From the NCBI GenBank assembly GCA_016928955.1, contig JAFGJV010000004.1, positions 186,001 through 250,000 of the forward strand: a stretch of DNA of 64,000 bases, given 5' to 3'. Both the position numbers and the translations under genes were made by a program. Every line of letters begins with the position of its first letter. The stretch's first letter is position 1. This DNA is from Spirochaetales bacterium (GTDB taxonomy: Bacteria; Spirochaetota; Spirochaetia; Treponematales; UBA12059). This document shows, piece after piece, positions 50,207 through 60,379 of the stretch. The notes beneath the pieces are model-generated. The model did no database searches, was not told the DNA's origin, and saw only the letters and a program-made list of their open reading frames with translations.

Positions 50207-51350
50207 CAGCCTGTGCGTCGACCGGTCCGCCGACGTCTTCCCAGCGTATGCCTTGCCCATCAGGAACATCCCTTGCGGCCAGGCGTCCAAGAACGATGGG
50301 CAGAAAGCGCGGCTGCACGCCGGGGCGCAACACTTTTTCCGTGCGTAGGATGGCTACATTGCCCTCCGTGAACGCCTGACCGGCTCGAATGGCTGTCCGC
50401 GCGTGCAGGGACCGGTTGGTGCGTCCATAATTATCCGCCTCGCTGGATGCCAGGCGCTTGCGGCCGTTTCCAAGGACGGCTTCTACCAGCTCGGGTGTGT
50501 AGTCTCTGGACAGGGTAAGGGCGGTTTCCTCCAGGGGACGCCCCGCTGCGTCCTGGACGGCCCGAACCATGGCCGCGAACTGCCCAGGCGGCAGGGCTAT
50601 GGGATCGTCCAGGCCAGGGTCGTCGCGGGACAGGCATAGGTGCTTCTCAATGACGACGGCGCCGACCGCCGCGGCAAGCGCAGGCACCAGTACCGGGTCC
50701 ATGGAATGGTCGGACACTCCAGGCGCCATGCCTAGAAGCGTCGACAAAACGGGCAGGATACGCAGGTTGTAGTCACGTTCAGGCGCTGGATACGCGGTCA
50801 CGCAGTGGAGCAGGGCTAGAGAAACGCCGTCCTGGTACGCGGGCCTGGCGGAAAACAGCCCGACAGCCCGCTCTATGTCCGCGAGCGTGGACACCCCAGA
50901 CGATAGGATGACCGGCAGGCCATAGGACGACAGCTCGTCCAGCAAGGGCTCGTGGTTGAGTTCCGGAGACGCGACCTTCATGGCTACGACGCCAAGGTCG
51001 CGCAGCTCCCTGGCGCTCCTTTTCCCGAACGGCGTGCAGAGGAAAAGGGCGCCGCGGCGCTCGGTCTCGTCCTTGAGGAAGGAGAGAAAGTCCAGCCCGG
51101 TTTCCAGCGCCCGGAAACGATCGTAGAGGGCGACAGGTCCTCCGGGAAGGGGGACGACGCCCGTGAGCGGGTGAATAATCTCGTCGGCGTACACATGCTG
51201 GAATTTCACGCAACCCGCGCCCGAGTCCACGGCCGCCGCGATGAGCTCGGCCGCCTTGACCCTGTCCCCGTTGTGGCCGGTACCCACCTCGGCCACAATA
51301 AGGGGTGAGCCCGCCCCGTATTTCCTGCCGTGTATGCTCAAAATGGACAT
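50193..51350 (-). CDS. NeuB/PseI-family nonulosonic acid synthase with SAF domain
   Basis: IVAEVGTGHNG, VKFQ, KVASPE, LHCVTAYP, SDHS, IEKH. Confidence 0.92.
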   Translation of the reverse strand: MSILSIHGRKYGAGSPLIVAEVGTGHNGDRVKAAELIAAAVDSGAGCVKFQHVYADEIIHPLTGVVPLPGGPVALYDRFRALETGLDFLSFLKDETERRGALFLCTPFGKRSARELRDLGVVAMKVASPELNHEPLLDELSSYGLPVILSSGVSTLADIERAVGLFSARPAYQDGVSLALLHCVTAYPAPERDYNLRILPVLSTLLGMAPGVSDHSMDPVLVPALAAAVGAVVIEKHLCLSRDDPGLDDPIALPPGQFAAMVRAVQDAAGRPLEETALTLSRDYTPELVEAVLGNGRKRLASSEADNYGRTNRSLHARTAIRAGQAFTEGNVAILRTEKVLRPGVQPRFLPIVLGRLAARDVPDGQGIRWEDVGGPVDAQAVSPG

Positions 51351-51480
51351 GTATACTCCTCTCGGGCGCCATCCGTGGGCCACACGCGCCCGGTACGCCA
51401 AGGCGCGGCGAAAAACGCTCGACAGAGACAACGCGATACGATACACTTATCGGCATCGATCGCATGCGAGGAGTAGCGAC

Positions 51481-51726
51481 ATGAAGCAGTTGTTCTGCGA
51501 TATCTGCAAGAAAGAAGTCTCTGATCCCATCCCCGGCCGGACCTTTTACCACTTCCGGGAATTTGACCTCTGCGAGTCGTGCAAGGACGACCTGGAAGCG
51601 GCCCTTAAGTGGACCGTCAGGAACAAGAAGCCCTTCGACTTCAGCTGGTACGACAAGCTCCGCATGGAACTCCTCCAGGCCGGAGCAAAGAACAATCGTA
51701 TAGCCGTGAGCAAGCGGCCGCGCTGA
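51481..51726 (+). CDS. Small CxxC/CxxC protein (hypothetical)
   Basis: GAGGAG RBS; CDIC...CESC. Confidence 0.85.
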   Translation: MKQLFCDICKKEVSDPIPGRTFYHFREFDLCESCKDDLEAALKWTVRNKKPFDFSWYDKLRMELLQAGAKNNRIAVSKRPR

Positions 51727-51780
51727 ACAGACTGTGCAAACCGGCAGGACACTAACACGGTCCTGCCGCTTTCCCCTTCA

Positions 51781-51830
51781 TACGACTGAGCCGGTGTCCA
51801 AGCGCACGCCGGCCCGGTCGTGTTTTTTTT
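51781..51830 (+). terminator. Intrinsic terminator
   Basis: 17-bp imperfect stem followed by T8. Confidence 0.8.
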
Positions 51831-51942
51831 GCCCGTCATACGGACCCGTACTCATTTGATACCGGGGAAAAGGCGCTTGGCATCCACAACGAAGCGCGAA
51901 TCCTGTAGTTTTTCGCGTCTTCTTGCGTTTTCTGCCGTATCG

Positions 51943-51972
51943 TTGACAGTTGCCTGCGCCGTGTGCTATGGT
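51943..51972 (+). promoter_or_regulatory. sigma70-like promoter of yebC-ruvC
   Basis: TTGACA-N18-TATGGT with extended -10 TG. Confidence 0.6.
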
Positions 51973-52089
51973 CATTGACGGTTCAAGCGCGTACGGCCCC
52001 TGAATTTCAAGCGCCTGGCCCCACCAGGCCTGTGTTTACCCTTGGGGCCCTTGCACATCGACCCCGCATTCCGCTCGCAAGGAGTCAAT

Positions 52090-52827
52090 ATGTCAGGCCA
52101 TAGCAAATGGGCGACCATCAAACACAAGAAGGGTGCCGCCGACGCCAAGCGCGGCCAGATGTTCACCAAACTTATTAAGGAAATTTCCATAGCCGCTCGC
52201 ATGGGCGGAGGCGATCCTGACACCAACGCCCGCCTGCGCACCGCGGTTCTCAAGGCCCGCGCCGCGAACATGCCCAAAGACAACATCGAGCGGGCTATCA
52301 AGAAGGGCACCGGCGAACTCGGTGCCTCGACCTTTGAAGAGCTCGTATACGAGGCGTACGCCCCGGGCGGAATAGCCGTGCTGGTCGAAGTGCTGACCGA
52401 CAACAAAAACCGCGCTGCCGCCGAGGTTCGCAATATCCTCAACAAGGCCGGCGGTTCCCTGGCCACAGCAAACGCCGTTACCCGCCTGTTCAACCGCAAG
52501 GGCGTCATATCCCTGGACGGGGAGAAATACTCTGAAGACCAGGTCATGGAAGTGGCCCTGGACGCCGGCGCAGACGACATCGTCAACGAGGACGGTGAAA
52601 TCGTGGTGTATACCACGCCGGAGGCTTTTGAGGCCGTTCTGAACGCCATCAACGCCAAGGGCATGGAAACCGACGGCGCCGAGGTGTCCATGGTTCCGGA
52701 CAGCTACGTGGACATGGACGTGGAATCCGGCAAGAAAGTCGCCAAGATGATCGACCGCCTTGAGGAAAACGACGACGTCCAGAACGTGTACCACAATGCC
52801 AACCTGCCCGAGATGGATGAGGAATAA
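52090..52827 (+). CDS. yebC: YebC/PmpR family protein
   Basis: MSGHSKWATIKHKK, TDNKNR, DDVQNVYHN. Confidence 0.97.
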   Translation: MSGHSKWATIKHKKGAADAKRGQMFTKLIKEISIAARMGGGDPDTNARLRTAVLKARAANMPKDNIERAIKKGTGELGASTFEELVYEAYAPGGIAVLVEVLTDNKNRAAAEVRNILNKAGGSLATANAVTRLFNRKGVISLDGEKYSEDQVMEVALDAGADDIVNEDGEIVVYTTPEAFEAVLNAINAKGMETDGAEVSMVPDSYVDMDVESGKKVAKMIDRLEENDDVQNVYHNANLPEMDEE

Positions 52828-52829
52828 CC

Positions 52830-53330
52830 GTGCCTAGGGCCCCGGTCCGCGTCTTGGGCGTGGATCCCGGCCTTGCTTCCGTGGGATGGGGCGTCGTCGA
52901 CATGGACGGCGCCCGTCTTTTTTATCGGGGGCATGGCTGCATATCGACCCCTGCCGACGCTCCCCTGGCCGAACGCCTGGCCAGCATACGGGACAGCTTG
53001 GTGGCCGTTGCTGACACCTGGAATCCCGGCCAGGTGGCCATGGAAGGCCTTTTTTTCTCCCGCAACGTGACCAGCGCCCTGGGCGTTGCGGAAGCCAGGG
53101 GCGTTATCCGCCTTGCCTTCCGCGACCGAGGGCTCATTCCCTTTGAATACCTACCGAACGCGGTCAAGCAGGCAGCCGCCGGGTCCGCAAGCGCCCGCAA
53201 GGCCGACGTGCAGAATTTCGTGCGCCTGGTGCTCGGCCTTGGCGATGTGCCCAAACCGGACCACGCCGCTGACGCCCTGGCAGTGGCGCTGTGCCACTGC
53301 CAGCACATGACGCTGCCCGGCATCCGCTGA
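52830..53330 (+). CDS. ruvC: Holliday junction resolvase
   Basis: LGVDPG, MEGLFF, ARGV, DHAADALAVA. Confidence 0.95.
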   Translation: MPRAPVRVLGVDPGLASVGWGVVDMDGARLFYRGHGCISTPADAPLAERLASIRDSLVAVADTWNPGQVAMEGLFFSRNVTSALGVAEARGVIRLAFRDRGLIPFEYLPNAVKQAAAGSASARKADVQNFVRLVLGLGDVPKPDHAADALAVALCHCQHMTLPGIR

Positions 53331-53446
53331 TACGATTTCTCTTGCCTCCTGCATGACCGGTCTGCTATAGTCACGCTCTTTGCCCGCCGCCCCCTGTCAA
53401 GCGGTGGGCTCGACCGGCCCGTCAGCGGCCACGAGGGTCCATAGCC

Positions 53447-55180
53447 ATGACCAAAAGAACATTCTTCCTCACCTATGCCTGGGCAGAGCGGGGCAGGCTT
53501 GCCGCGCTCCTGGCCCTGACCCTGGCAGCCACGGGCGCGGCCCTGGCCAGTCCGCAGATCGTCAGGCGCTTCCTTGACCAGGCCCAGGCTGGCACCGAGC
53601 CCGGGCGGCTGTTATGGACGGCCCTGGCGTTCATGGCCCTGGCCCTCGCCGCGCAGGGCCTGAATCTGGCACGTACCTATCTGGGAGAGCTGGTCGCCTG
53701 GCGGGCAACCAACAAGCTGAGGGAGGACCTGGCGGCGCATTGCCTTGCCCTGGACATGGACTTTCACAAAACCCACAAACCCGGGGAGCTGATGGAGCGC
53801 CTGGACAACGACGTGAACGAGACAAGGGCCTATTTTTCCACCCTGTTCACCGAGTTGGTGTCCACCGGCTGCCTGTTCGTCGGCGTTATCGTGTTCCTCT
53901 GGCTGGAGGACTGGCGGCTTGGTACCAGCGCCATGTTCGTGAGCGTTGTGGTGCTGGCCGTCTTCCCGCGCATCAATAAGGCCCGCGTTCCCCTTATAGC
54001 CAACGTGCGTGAGGTGCACGCCGCGCTGTCCGGAGACCTCCAGGAATGGGTGCAGGGCAGAGAAGACATACAGGCGTCGGGTTCCACGGGCGTGATGCTG
54101 GACCGCCTGGAGGGCCGCTACGGGGAACGCTACCGCGTGTCCCTGGCCCTCCTGCCGGTCAACACCGTATCCAACGTCCTTCCGGGCGTGGTGCTGTTCT
54201 CCGCCTATGCTCTGGCATATACCCTGAGTTCCGGTGCCTTTGGCGGCGCGCTCAGCGTGAGCGCCTTTGCCATGGTGCTCATGTACATTGCCAAGCTAGA
54301 AAACCCCATCTACATGATCCAGGAAAGCTTTATGTGGGCGGCCACCGCCCAGGCCAGCCTGGAACGCATAGCTGACCTGTTAGGTCAGCGTCCGAGGCTC
54401 TCGCCGGGACGCGCGACGCTCAAGCCGAGCGGCGGACTGGGCGTACGCCTTGAGAGCGTCTTTTTTGGCTACGACGACGAGAACGTGCTCCACGGCGTCA
54501 GCCTGGATCTTGCCCCCGGGCAGAGTCTCGGACTCCTCGGGCGGACGGGAAGCGGCAAGACCACGGTGGCCCGACTCATAGCCCGCATGTATGATCCCGT
54601 GCGCGGCCGCGTGGTGCTCAGCGACGGCAACACCGAGGCAAGCCCCGCCGAGCTGGATCCGGCCTGCCTGCGCTCCATGGTCGCCATGGTCACGCAGGAA
54701 GTCGAGCTCTTAAACGCGTCCGTGCGCGACAACATCACCCTGTTCAACCAGGAAATTCCGGACGACAGGATATGGGAAGCCCTCAGGTCCGTGGGCATGG
54801 ACGGCTGGGTACGGGGCAAGCCCGGATGCCTTGCGTACAAGCTGAACGGCATTCACGGACTGTCGGCCGGGGAAGCCCAGCTCCTGGCCCTGGCCCGGGT
54901 ATTCCTGAGCGACCCTGCCCTGGTCGTCATGGACGAGGCGTCGTCGCGCCTTGATCCAGCCACCGAGCGCGCCATGCGGAACGCCGTATCGGCCCTGCTG
55001 CGCGGCCGCTCGGCCGTGATCATAGCCCACCGGCTGGAAACCCTGCGCGATGTGGACACAATTGCCGTGCTTGAGGAAGGCCGCGTCATCGAATTCGGCC
55101 GCCGCGTCGATCTGGAGGAACGCCAGGACAGCCGGTACAGCGCCCTCCTCCGGGCCGGACTCGAGGAGGCCTTGGCGTGA
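53447..55180 (+). CDS. ABC exporter, fused TMD-NBD (heterodimer subunit 1)
   Basis: Six-TM domain; GRTGSGKT, LSAGEAQ, MDEASS, AHR. Confidence 0.93.
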   Translation: MTKRTFFLTYAWAERGRLAALLALTLAATGAALASPQIVRRFLDQAQAGTEPGRLLWTALAFMALALAAQGLNLARTYLGELVAWRATNKLREDLAAHCLALDMDFHKTHKPGELMERLDNDVNETRAYFSTLFTELVSTGCLFVGVIVFLWLEDWRLGTSAMFVSVVVLAVFPRINKARVPLIANVREVHAALSGDLQEWVQGREDIQASGSTGVMLDRLEGRYGERYRVSLALLPVNTVSNVLPGVVLFSAYALAYTLSSGAFGGALSVSAFAMVLMYIAKLENPIYMIQESFMWAATAQASLERIADLLGQRPRLSPGRATLKPSGGLGVRLESVFFGYDDENVLHGVSLDLAPGQSLGLLGRTGSGKTTVARLIARMYDPVRGRVVLSDGNTEASPAELDPACLRSMVAMVTQEVELLNASVRDNITLFNQEIPDDRIWEALRSVGMDGWVRGKPGCLAYKLNGIHGLSAGEAQLLALARVFLSDPALVVMDEASSRLDPATERAMRNAVSALLRGRSAVIIAHRLETLRDVDTIAVLEEGRVIEFGRRVDLEERQDSRYSALLRAGLEEALA

Positions 55181-57078
55181 ACACCCTGAAATACCTGTAC
55201 GGCCTCCTGAAATCCTTTCCCGCCCTGGTGGCGTCGTTCTTCGCTTCCATGCAGGCGAGCAACATAGTGGTGTTCCTGTCCGGCGGCTACATAGCCCGCG
55301 CCTTCATCAACCACCTGAACGGCGACCCGGGGCCCAGCTTTGGGCTGGGAGCGGCTCTGGCCCTCCTCACCATTGCTGAAATGTTCCGGGTGGCGGGAAT
55401 GGCCACGAACATGTATACGTCCATCAGGGTGAGCCGTTTTTCCATGGCTCTCCTGTCGCTCAACATCATGGAGCGCATCCTTAAGCGGCCAGGCGGGCTG
55501 CCCTTGCCCCTGGACCGCAAGAAAGGACGCCCCCTGAGCGAGGGACAATGCCTGAACACCCTGAGCACGGACACGCTGAAGATACCCGGCATGTTCCATT
55601 TCCTCTTCGAGATGGCCAGCATGCTGGCGTCAGGAGTGGTGGCGTTCTGGATCATGATGTCCATAAACCCGGCGGTCACGCTCACGGTGTGCATTCCGCT
55701 TGCCCTGGTGTTCTGGCTCATCAATATGCTCAGGAAACGCGTCGAACCCCTGGCGGACAAGGCCAGGCGCTCTGCCGGCGAGGTCAGCTCCCTGATAGGC
55801 GACATGTTCAACTGCGTGCAGACCGTCAAGACCATGGGCGCCGAGTCATTGTTCCTGGCGGAATTCCGCAGGAGGAACCACAAGCGCCTGCGCGACTCGG
55901 TCAGGTCGGAATTCTTCTTTACCCTCCTGCGCGGCTTGAACGCCGGTCTTATGGAGTTCGCGGCCGGCATCATACTCCTGGGAGCAGCCGCTTCGATGAC
56001 CAAGGGCGCGTTCACCGTGGGCGACTTCATGCTGTTCACGTCCTACCTGTGGGCGGTGCTCGGCGTGTTCAGGTGGGGAGGACTCTTCCTGGCCGAGCTC
56101 AAGCGCAACGACGTGGCCATAGAACGCATGGAAACGCTCACCAGCCCGGAACCGCCAGGCACCCCGGCGCGGAGGCGCCGACTGAGGCTGGACAAACCAT
56201 TTGACTCGTCGCTTGACCTGGCCGCCCGGCCCGTTGAGCCCCTGCGCTCCCTTGAGGTCAAGGATCTGTGTTTCACCTACTCCGCGCCCCGCCAACATGA
56301 CGACGACGATCCAGCCTCGGTCGCCGGGTTGGACGCAACCCGCGGCCATACCGGGAGTTCAGGCCCGCACGCGGCCACATTCAGCCTGGACCGCGTGTCC
56401 TTCATGCTTGAAGGCGGAAGCCTTGTGGCCGTGACCGGACCCGTGGGCTCAGGCAAGACCACCCTCCTTAAATGCGTGGTCGGGCTCCTTCCCGTTGACT
56501 CTGGCCACGTGCGCTGGAACGGCCAGGAAACTCCCGCGGCGTCGGTTTCCGCTCGCGGGGATTACTGGGACGCTCCCCGGGCCGCGTACACGCCGCAGGT
56601 TCCCAGGCTCTTCTCTGACAGCCTGGGCCGCAACATCTTGCTCGGGCTTCCGCACGATCCGGACCTGCTTGACCGCGCCATGCGCGACGCGTGCCTAGAG
56701 GACGATCTTGAGCTCATGCCCGATGGTCTTGCTACGCAGATCGGGCCTCGGGGCGTCCGACTGTCTGGTGGCCAGCTGCAGAGAACCGCGGCGGCCCGGA
56801 TGTTTGCCCGCGGGGCCAGGCTTATGGTACTGGACGACATATCGAGCGCGTTGGACGTGGAGACGGAACGGCGGCTGTGGGATCGCCTTATGGCCAAAGG
56901 AGGCGACGCGAGCTACCTGGTGGCAACGCACCGCGAGGCCGTGCTCAGGCGCGCGGACGCCATCCTGTTTCTCAAGGACGGCCGCCTGGAAGCCAAGGGC
57001 GTATACAGCCAGCTTATGGAAAGCTGCCCGGGTTTCAGGAACATGATAGCCCGCTGCGAACATCCGGAACTGAACTGA
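55177..57078 (+). CDS. ABC exporter, fused TMD-NBD (heterodimer subunit 2)
   Basis: GPVGSGKT, LSGGQ, LDDISSALD, THR; GTGA overlap. Confidence 0.93.
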   Translation: MNTLKYLYGLLKSFPALVASFFASMQASNIVVFLSGGYIARAFINHLNGDPGPSFGLGAALALLTIAEMFRVAGMATNMYTSIRVSRFSMALLSLNIMERILKRPGGLPLPLDRKKGRPLSEGQCLNTLSTDTLKIPGMFHFLFEMASMLASGVVAFWIMMSINPAVTLTVCIPLALVFWLINMLRKRVEPLADKARRSAGEVSSLIGDMFNCVQTVKTMGAESLFLAEFRRRNHKRLRDSVRSEFFFTLLRGLNAGLMEFAAGIILLGAAASMTKGAFTVGDFMLFTSYLWAVLGVFRWGGLFLAELKRNDVAIERMETLTSPEPPGTPARRRRLRLDKPFDSSLDLAARPVEPLRSLEVKDLCFTYSAPRQHDDDDPASVAGLDATRGHTGSSGPHAATFSLDRVSFMLEGGSLVAVTGPVGSGKTTLLKCVVGLLPVDSGHVRWNGQETPAASVSARGDYWDAPRAAYTPQVPRLFSDSLGRNILLGLPHDPDLLDRAMRDACLEDDLELMPDGLATQIGPRGVRLSGGQLQRTAAARMFARGARLMVLDDISSALDVETERRLWDRLMAKGGDASYLVATHREAVLRRADAILFLKDGRLEAKGVYSQLMESCPGFRNMIARCEHPELN

Positions 57079-57096
57079 ATGGGCTCGCTTCCTACC

Positions 57097-57125
57097 ATGA
57101 CAGGAGCTTCCAAGCTTGGTATACT
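57097..57125 (+). promoter_or_regulatory. sigma70-like promoter for a leaderless ruvA transcript
   Basis: ATGACA-N17-TATACT with TG extension; predicted +1 is the A of ATG 57132. Confidence 0.6.
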
Positions 57126-57131
57126 GCCGTC

Positions 57132-57737
57132 ATGATCAATGCCATCAGCGGCACCCTGGTACACAAGGGTGCCGATAGCATACGGGTGGAGAACCACGGC
57201 ATCGAATGGGAATTCTCCGTGCCGGCTCGTTCGGTGGACGCTTTTGGCCGCGTAGGCGACCAGACCCGCGTCCTTGCGTGGCTGCTGCACCGCGAGGACC
57301 AGATGCGGCTGTTCGGCTTTCCCGCGGAGGACGAGCGGACCGTTTTCCACGAGCTTCTGACCGTTGAGGGCATAGGCCCCAAGCAGGCCCTGAAGATACT
57401 CGGGGGCATAGGAGCGGCCGACCTTGAACGAGCCCTGGACTCAGAAGACCTGGCGCGGCTCGAATCCATACCCGGCCTTGGCAAGAAGACTGCCCAGAAG
57501 CTGGTGTTCAGCCTGAAGGGCAAGCTGCCTTCGTCCCTGCCGCCGCGCCCAGGCGCTGACGCAGACGGCCCCCACGAGGACATCGTCCGGGCCTTGGTCG
57601 ACCTCGGCTACGAGCGCAGAAAGGCACAGGACGCCGTGAGGACGGCCGCAGCCGACCCGGCCATAGCGGCGGTGGAACCTGCCGAACGGGAACGCGAGAT
57701 TTTCCGCCGAGCCATGATGGCGCTGAGCGGAGCCTAA
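57132..57737 (+). CDS. ruvA: Holliday junction branch migration protein RuvA
   Basis: MINAISG, REDQMRLFGF, VEGIGPK, IPGLGKKTA, ALVDLGY. Confidence 0.96.
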   Translation: MINAISGTLVHKGADSIRVENHGIEWEFSVPARSVDAFGRVGDQTRVLAWLLHREDQMRLFGFPAEDERTVFHELLTVEGIGPKQALKILGGIGAADLERALDSEDLARLESIPGLGKKTAQKLVFSLKGKLPSSLPPRPGADADGPHEDIVRALVDLGYERRKAQDAVRTAAADPAIAAVEPAEREREIFRRAMMALSGA

Positions 57738-57741
57738 GGCC

Positions 57742-58764
57742 ATGGACGCAACCACCATCGTATCAGGGGCCTACCAGCCGGGCGAGGACGAGCGGGAGAA
57801 TGTCCTCAGGCCCCGTTTCCTGTCCGAGTTCCTGGGCCAGGCAGGCGTCAAGGACAACCTTGCCGTGTTCATCCAGGCTGCCAAAAACCGGGGAGAGGCC
57901 CTGGACCACGTATTTCTGATCGGCCCTCCCGGCCTGGGCAAGACCACCCTGGCCGGCATCTTGTCGCGCGAGCTGGACGTAGAATTCAAGGTAACCAGCG
58001 CTCCGGCCCTGGAGAAACCCAAGGACCTGGCGGGAATTCTGACCACGCTGTCACCCAGGAGCGTCTTCTTCATCGACGAGGTGCACCGCCTGAAACCGGC
58101 CATAGAGGAAATGCTGTACATGGCCATGGAGGACGGCGAACTGGACTTTATCATAGGCCAGGGGCCAAGCGCCCGCACCCTGCGCATACCGCTGCCGCCT
58201 TTTACCCTTGTGGGCGCCACCACCAGGGCAGGCATGGTTGGCAGTCCCTTGGTCAGCCGCTTTGGCATCAACGTGCGCCTCGGCTTCTACGACAAAACCG
58301 ACATGGTAGCCATATTGTCGCGGTCAGCGGCCATACTGGGCATGGCCCTCGATATCGACGCCGCCGGGCTCCTTGCAGACGCCAGCCGGGGAACGCCACG
58401 CGTGGCGAATCGGCTCCTGCGGCGGATGCGCGACTTTGCCCAGGTGGACGGCAAGGCCACCGTGGACGCGGACGTGGTCCGGCGCGGACTCGGGCGCCTG
58501 GAAGTGGACGCGTACGGGCTGGAGCGACATGACCGGGACGTGCTGGCCACCATCATAGAAAAATTCGGCGGGGGTCCCGTGGGCGCTGAGACCCTGGCCG
58601 TGTCAACGTCGGAGAGCGTTGAAACCCTGGAGGACTACCTGGAGCCCTATTTGATCCAGGCCGGTTTTCTGATGCGCACCCCCCGGGGGCGCATAGCCAC
58701 TCCCTTGGCCTACAGGCACCTAGGATACGCACCAAAGCATGAAGACAACGGATTTCAGTTTTGA
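57742..58764 (+). CDS. ruvB: Holliday junction helicase RuvB
   Basis: GPPGLGKTT, FIDEVHRL, GATTRAG, RGTPRVANRLL, RTPRGR. Confidence 0.98.
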   Translation: MDATTIVSGAYQPGEDERENVLRPRFLSEFLGQAGVKDNLAVFIQAAKNRGEALDHVFLIGPPGLGKTTLAGILSRELDVEFKVTSAPALEKPKDLAGILTTLSPRSVFFIDEVHRLKPAIEEMLYMAMEDGELDFIIGQGPSARTLRIPLPPFTLVGATTRAGMVGSPLVSRFGINVRLGFYDKTDMVAILSRSAAILGMALDIDAAGLLADASRGTPRVANRLLRRMRDFAQVDGKATVDADVVRRGLGRLEVDAYGLERHDRDVLATIIEKFGGGPVGAETLAVSTSESVETLEDYLEPYLIQAGFLMRTPRGRIATPLAYRHLGYAPKHEDNGFQF

Positions 58765-59755
58765 GCTCCCCGAGGAGCTGATAGCCCAGGAACCGGCAGC
58801 CAAACGGGGGGCGTCACGGCTCCTCACGCTGGACAGTCACAGCGGAGCTCTGGGGCACCGCATGGTGGCGGACCTTCCCGACCTGGTAGAGCCGGGCACC
58901 GTCATGGTGTTCAACGACTCGCGGGTCCGGCGGGCGCGCCTCTTTGCGTCCAGCGCGACCGGGGGCAGGGTGGAAGTGCTCCTTCTCAGACGTGAGGGGG
59001 AGCGGCTATGGGCCGCCATCACCACGCGCATGGCCAAACAGACCGTGGGCAAGACGCTCTGCCTGCCCGAAGGCCTTGGAGCGGAAATAGTCGCCGTTCG
59101 ACCCGACGAGAGGGTGCTGGAATTCAGCCGCGAGCTCGACGATTCCTACCTGGAACGCCACGGCCACCTGCCCCTGCCGCCGTACATACGCAGGCCGGAT
59201 TCTGCCCAGGACGCGTCCAGGTACCAGACCGTGTACGCCCGAAACGCGGGGTCGTCGGCGGCGCCAACGGCCGGCCTCCACTTCACGCAAGAGCTTTTGG
59301 ACAGGCTTGCCGAGCGGGGCGTGGACCTGCGCTTTGTCACCCTTCACGTCGGCCTTGGCACCTTCCTGCCGGTCAGGGCCGACAACATAGAAGACCACCG
59401 CATGCACGAGGAAAGCTACACGGTGCCGGACGACACGGCCGACGCGGTCAACCGGGCCAAGGCTGAAGGCCGCGCCGTGATGGCCGTGGGAACGACGAGC
59501 GTGCGCACCCTGGAAAGCGCGTCCCAGAACGGCACGCTTGCCGCCGGGCCGGGATCAACCTCTATTTTCATAACGCCCGGCTACCACTTCAGGATGGTCG
59601 ACCAGCTCTTTACCAACTTCCATACGCCGGAATCCACCCTGCTGATGCTTGTGTCGGCCTTTGCGGGGAGGGAACGCATCCTGGCCGCGTACCGTGAGGC
59701 GGTGGAACGGCGCTACCGCTTCTTTTCCTACGGCGACGCCATGCTGATACGCTGA
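58739..59755 (+). CDS. queA: tRNA preQ1 S-adenosylmethionine ribosyltransferase-isomerase
   Basis: LIAQEP, PLPPYI, AAPTAGLHF, TNFH, FFSYGDAM. Confidence 0.98.
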   Translation: MKTTDFSFELPEELIAQEPAAKRGASRLLTLDSHSGALGHRMVADLPDLVEPGTVMVFNDSRVRRARLFASSATGGRVEVLLLRREGERLWAAITTRMAKQTVGKTLCLPEGLGAEIVAVRPDERVLEFSRELDDSYLERHGHLPLPPYIRRPDSAQDASRYQTVYARNAGSSAAPTAGLHFTQELLDRLAERGVDLRFVTLHVGLGTFLPVRADNIEDHRMHEESYTVPDDTADAVNRAKAEGRAVMAVGTTSVRTLESASQNGTLAAGPGSTSIFITPGYHFRMVDQLFTNFHTPESTLLMLVSAFAGRERILAAYREAVERRYRFFSYGDAMLIR

Positions 59756-59779
59756 TTTCAGGGATACAGGCAGGGCAGG

Positions 59780-60379
59780 CTAGTAGCTGGCCTCGTCCAT
59801 GGCCTCAAAGTCCGCGCGGACCTTGGCCAGGTGCTCTAGATGGCGCTCTATGATGCGGCCGTAATCCAATTCGCCGGTCGCTATTCTCTGCGCTTCGTCT
59901 ATCCAGTACTGTACGTCCGGAAGGAGCGTCCAGCGTAGCTCGTTAGCCTTCAGAGCCCAGGCCTTGGCGCTGTCCCAATAGGCCAGGGCGGCCCGGTACG
60001 CCGTTTCGGCTATGGCCAGGCTCTCCAGGTTTTCCCGCTTCCAAGGCGCGTTGTAAAAATACGCCACCTGTTTGTCAAACTTGGCGCCCAGATACAGGTG
60101 CTGCTCGATCAGCTTGAGCTCGATATGCATGTTGAAAAGATATCGGTAGCGTTCCCAGTGTTTTTCGTCAGGAATCTTGGCCAGGGCGTAAAGGGGATTG
60201 CAGAAATCGGCCTTCTGGGCCTGCTCCAGCCAGTATATGTTCTCTATCGTGTCGTCAGGGTATTGGATGTAGTGGATGTGGTACAGCCGGAAGTATTGTT
60301 CCTTGAAATAGACAGGATAGGCCGCGGCCGATGAGAATTGGGTAAGGAGGACGAGCGCCAGGGCTAAGGCCTTCTTCAT
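59780..60379 (-). CDS. Hypothetical exported protein
   Basis: AGGAG RBS; signal peptide; aromatic-rich helical body. Confidence 0.85.
   Translation of the reverse strand: MKKALALALVLLTQFSSAAAYPVYFKEQYFRLYHIHYIQYPDDTIENIYWLEQAQKADFCNPLYALAKIPDEKHWERYRYLFNMHIELKLIEQHLYLGAKFDKQVAYFYNAPWKRENLESLAIAETAYRAALAYWDSAKAWALKANELRWTLLPDVQYWIDEAQRIATGELDYGRIIERHLEHLAKVRADFEAMDEASY

Noticed and set aside
49265..50290. Long antisense or alternate-frame ORFs (also 17196-18221, 20427-21602, 26296-27621, 37437-38681, 11699-12730)
   Set aside because: They overlap well-supported genes and are the expected stop-poor shadows in high-GC DNA.
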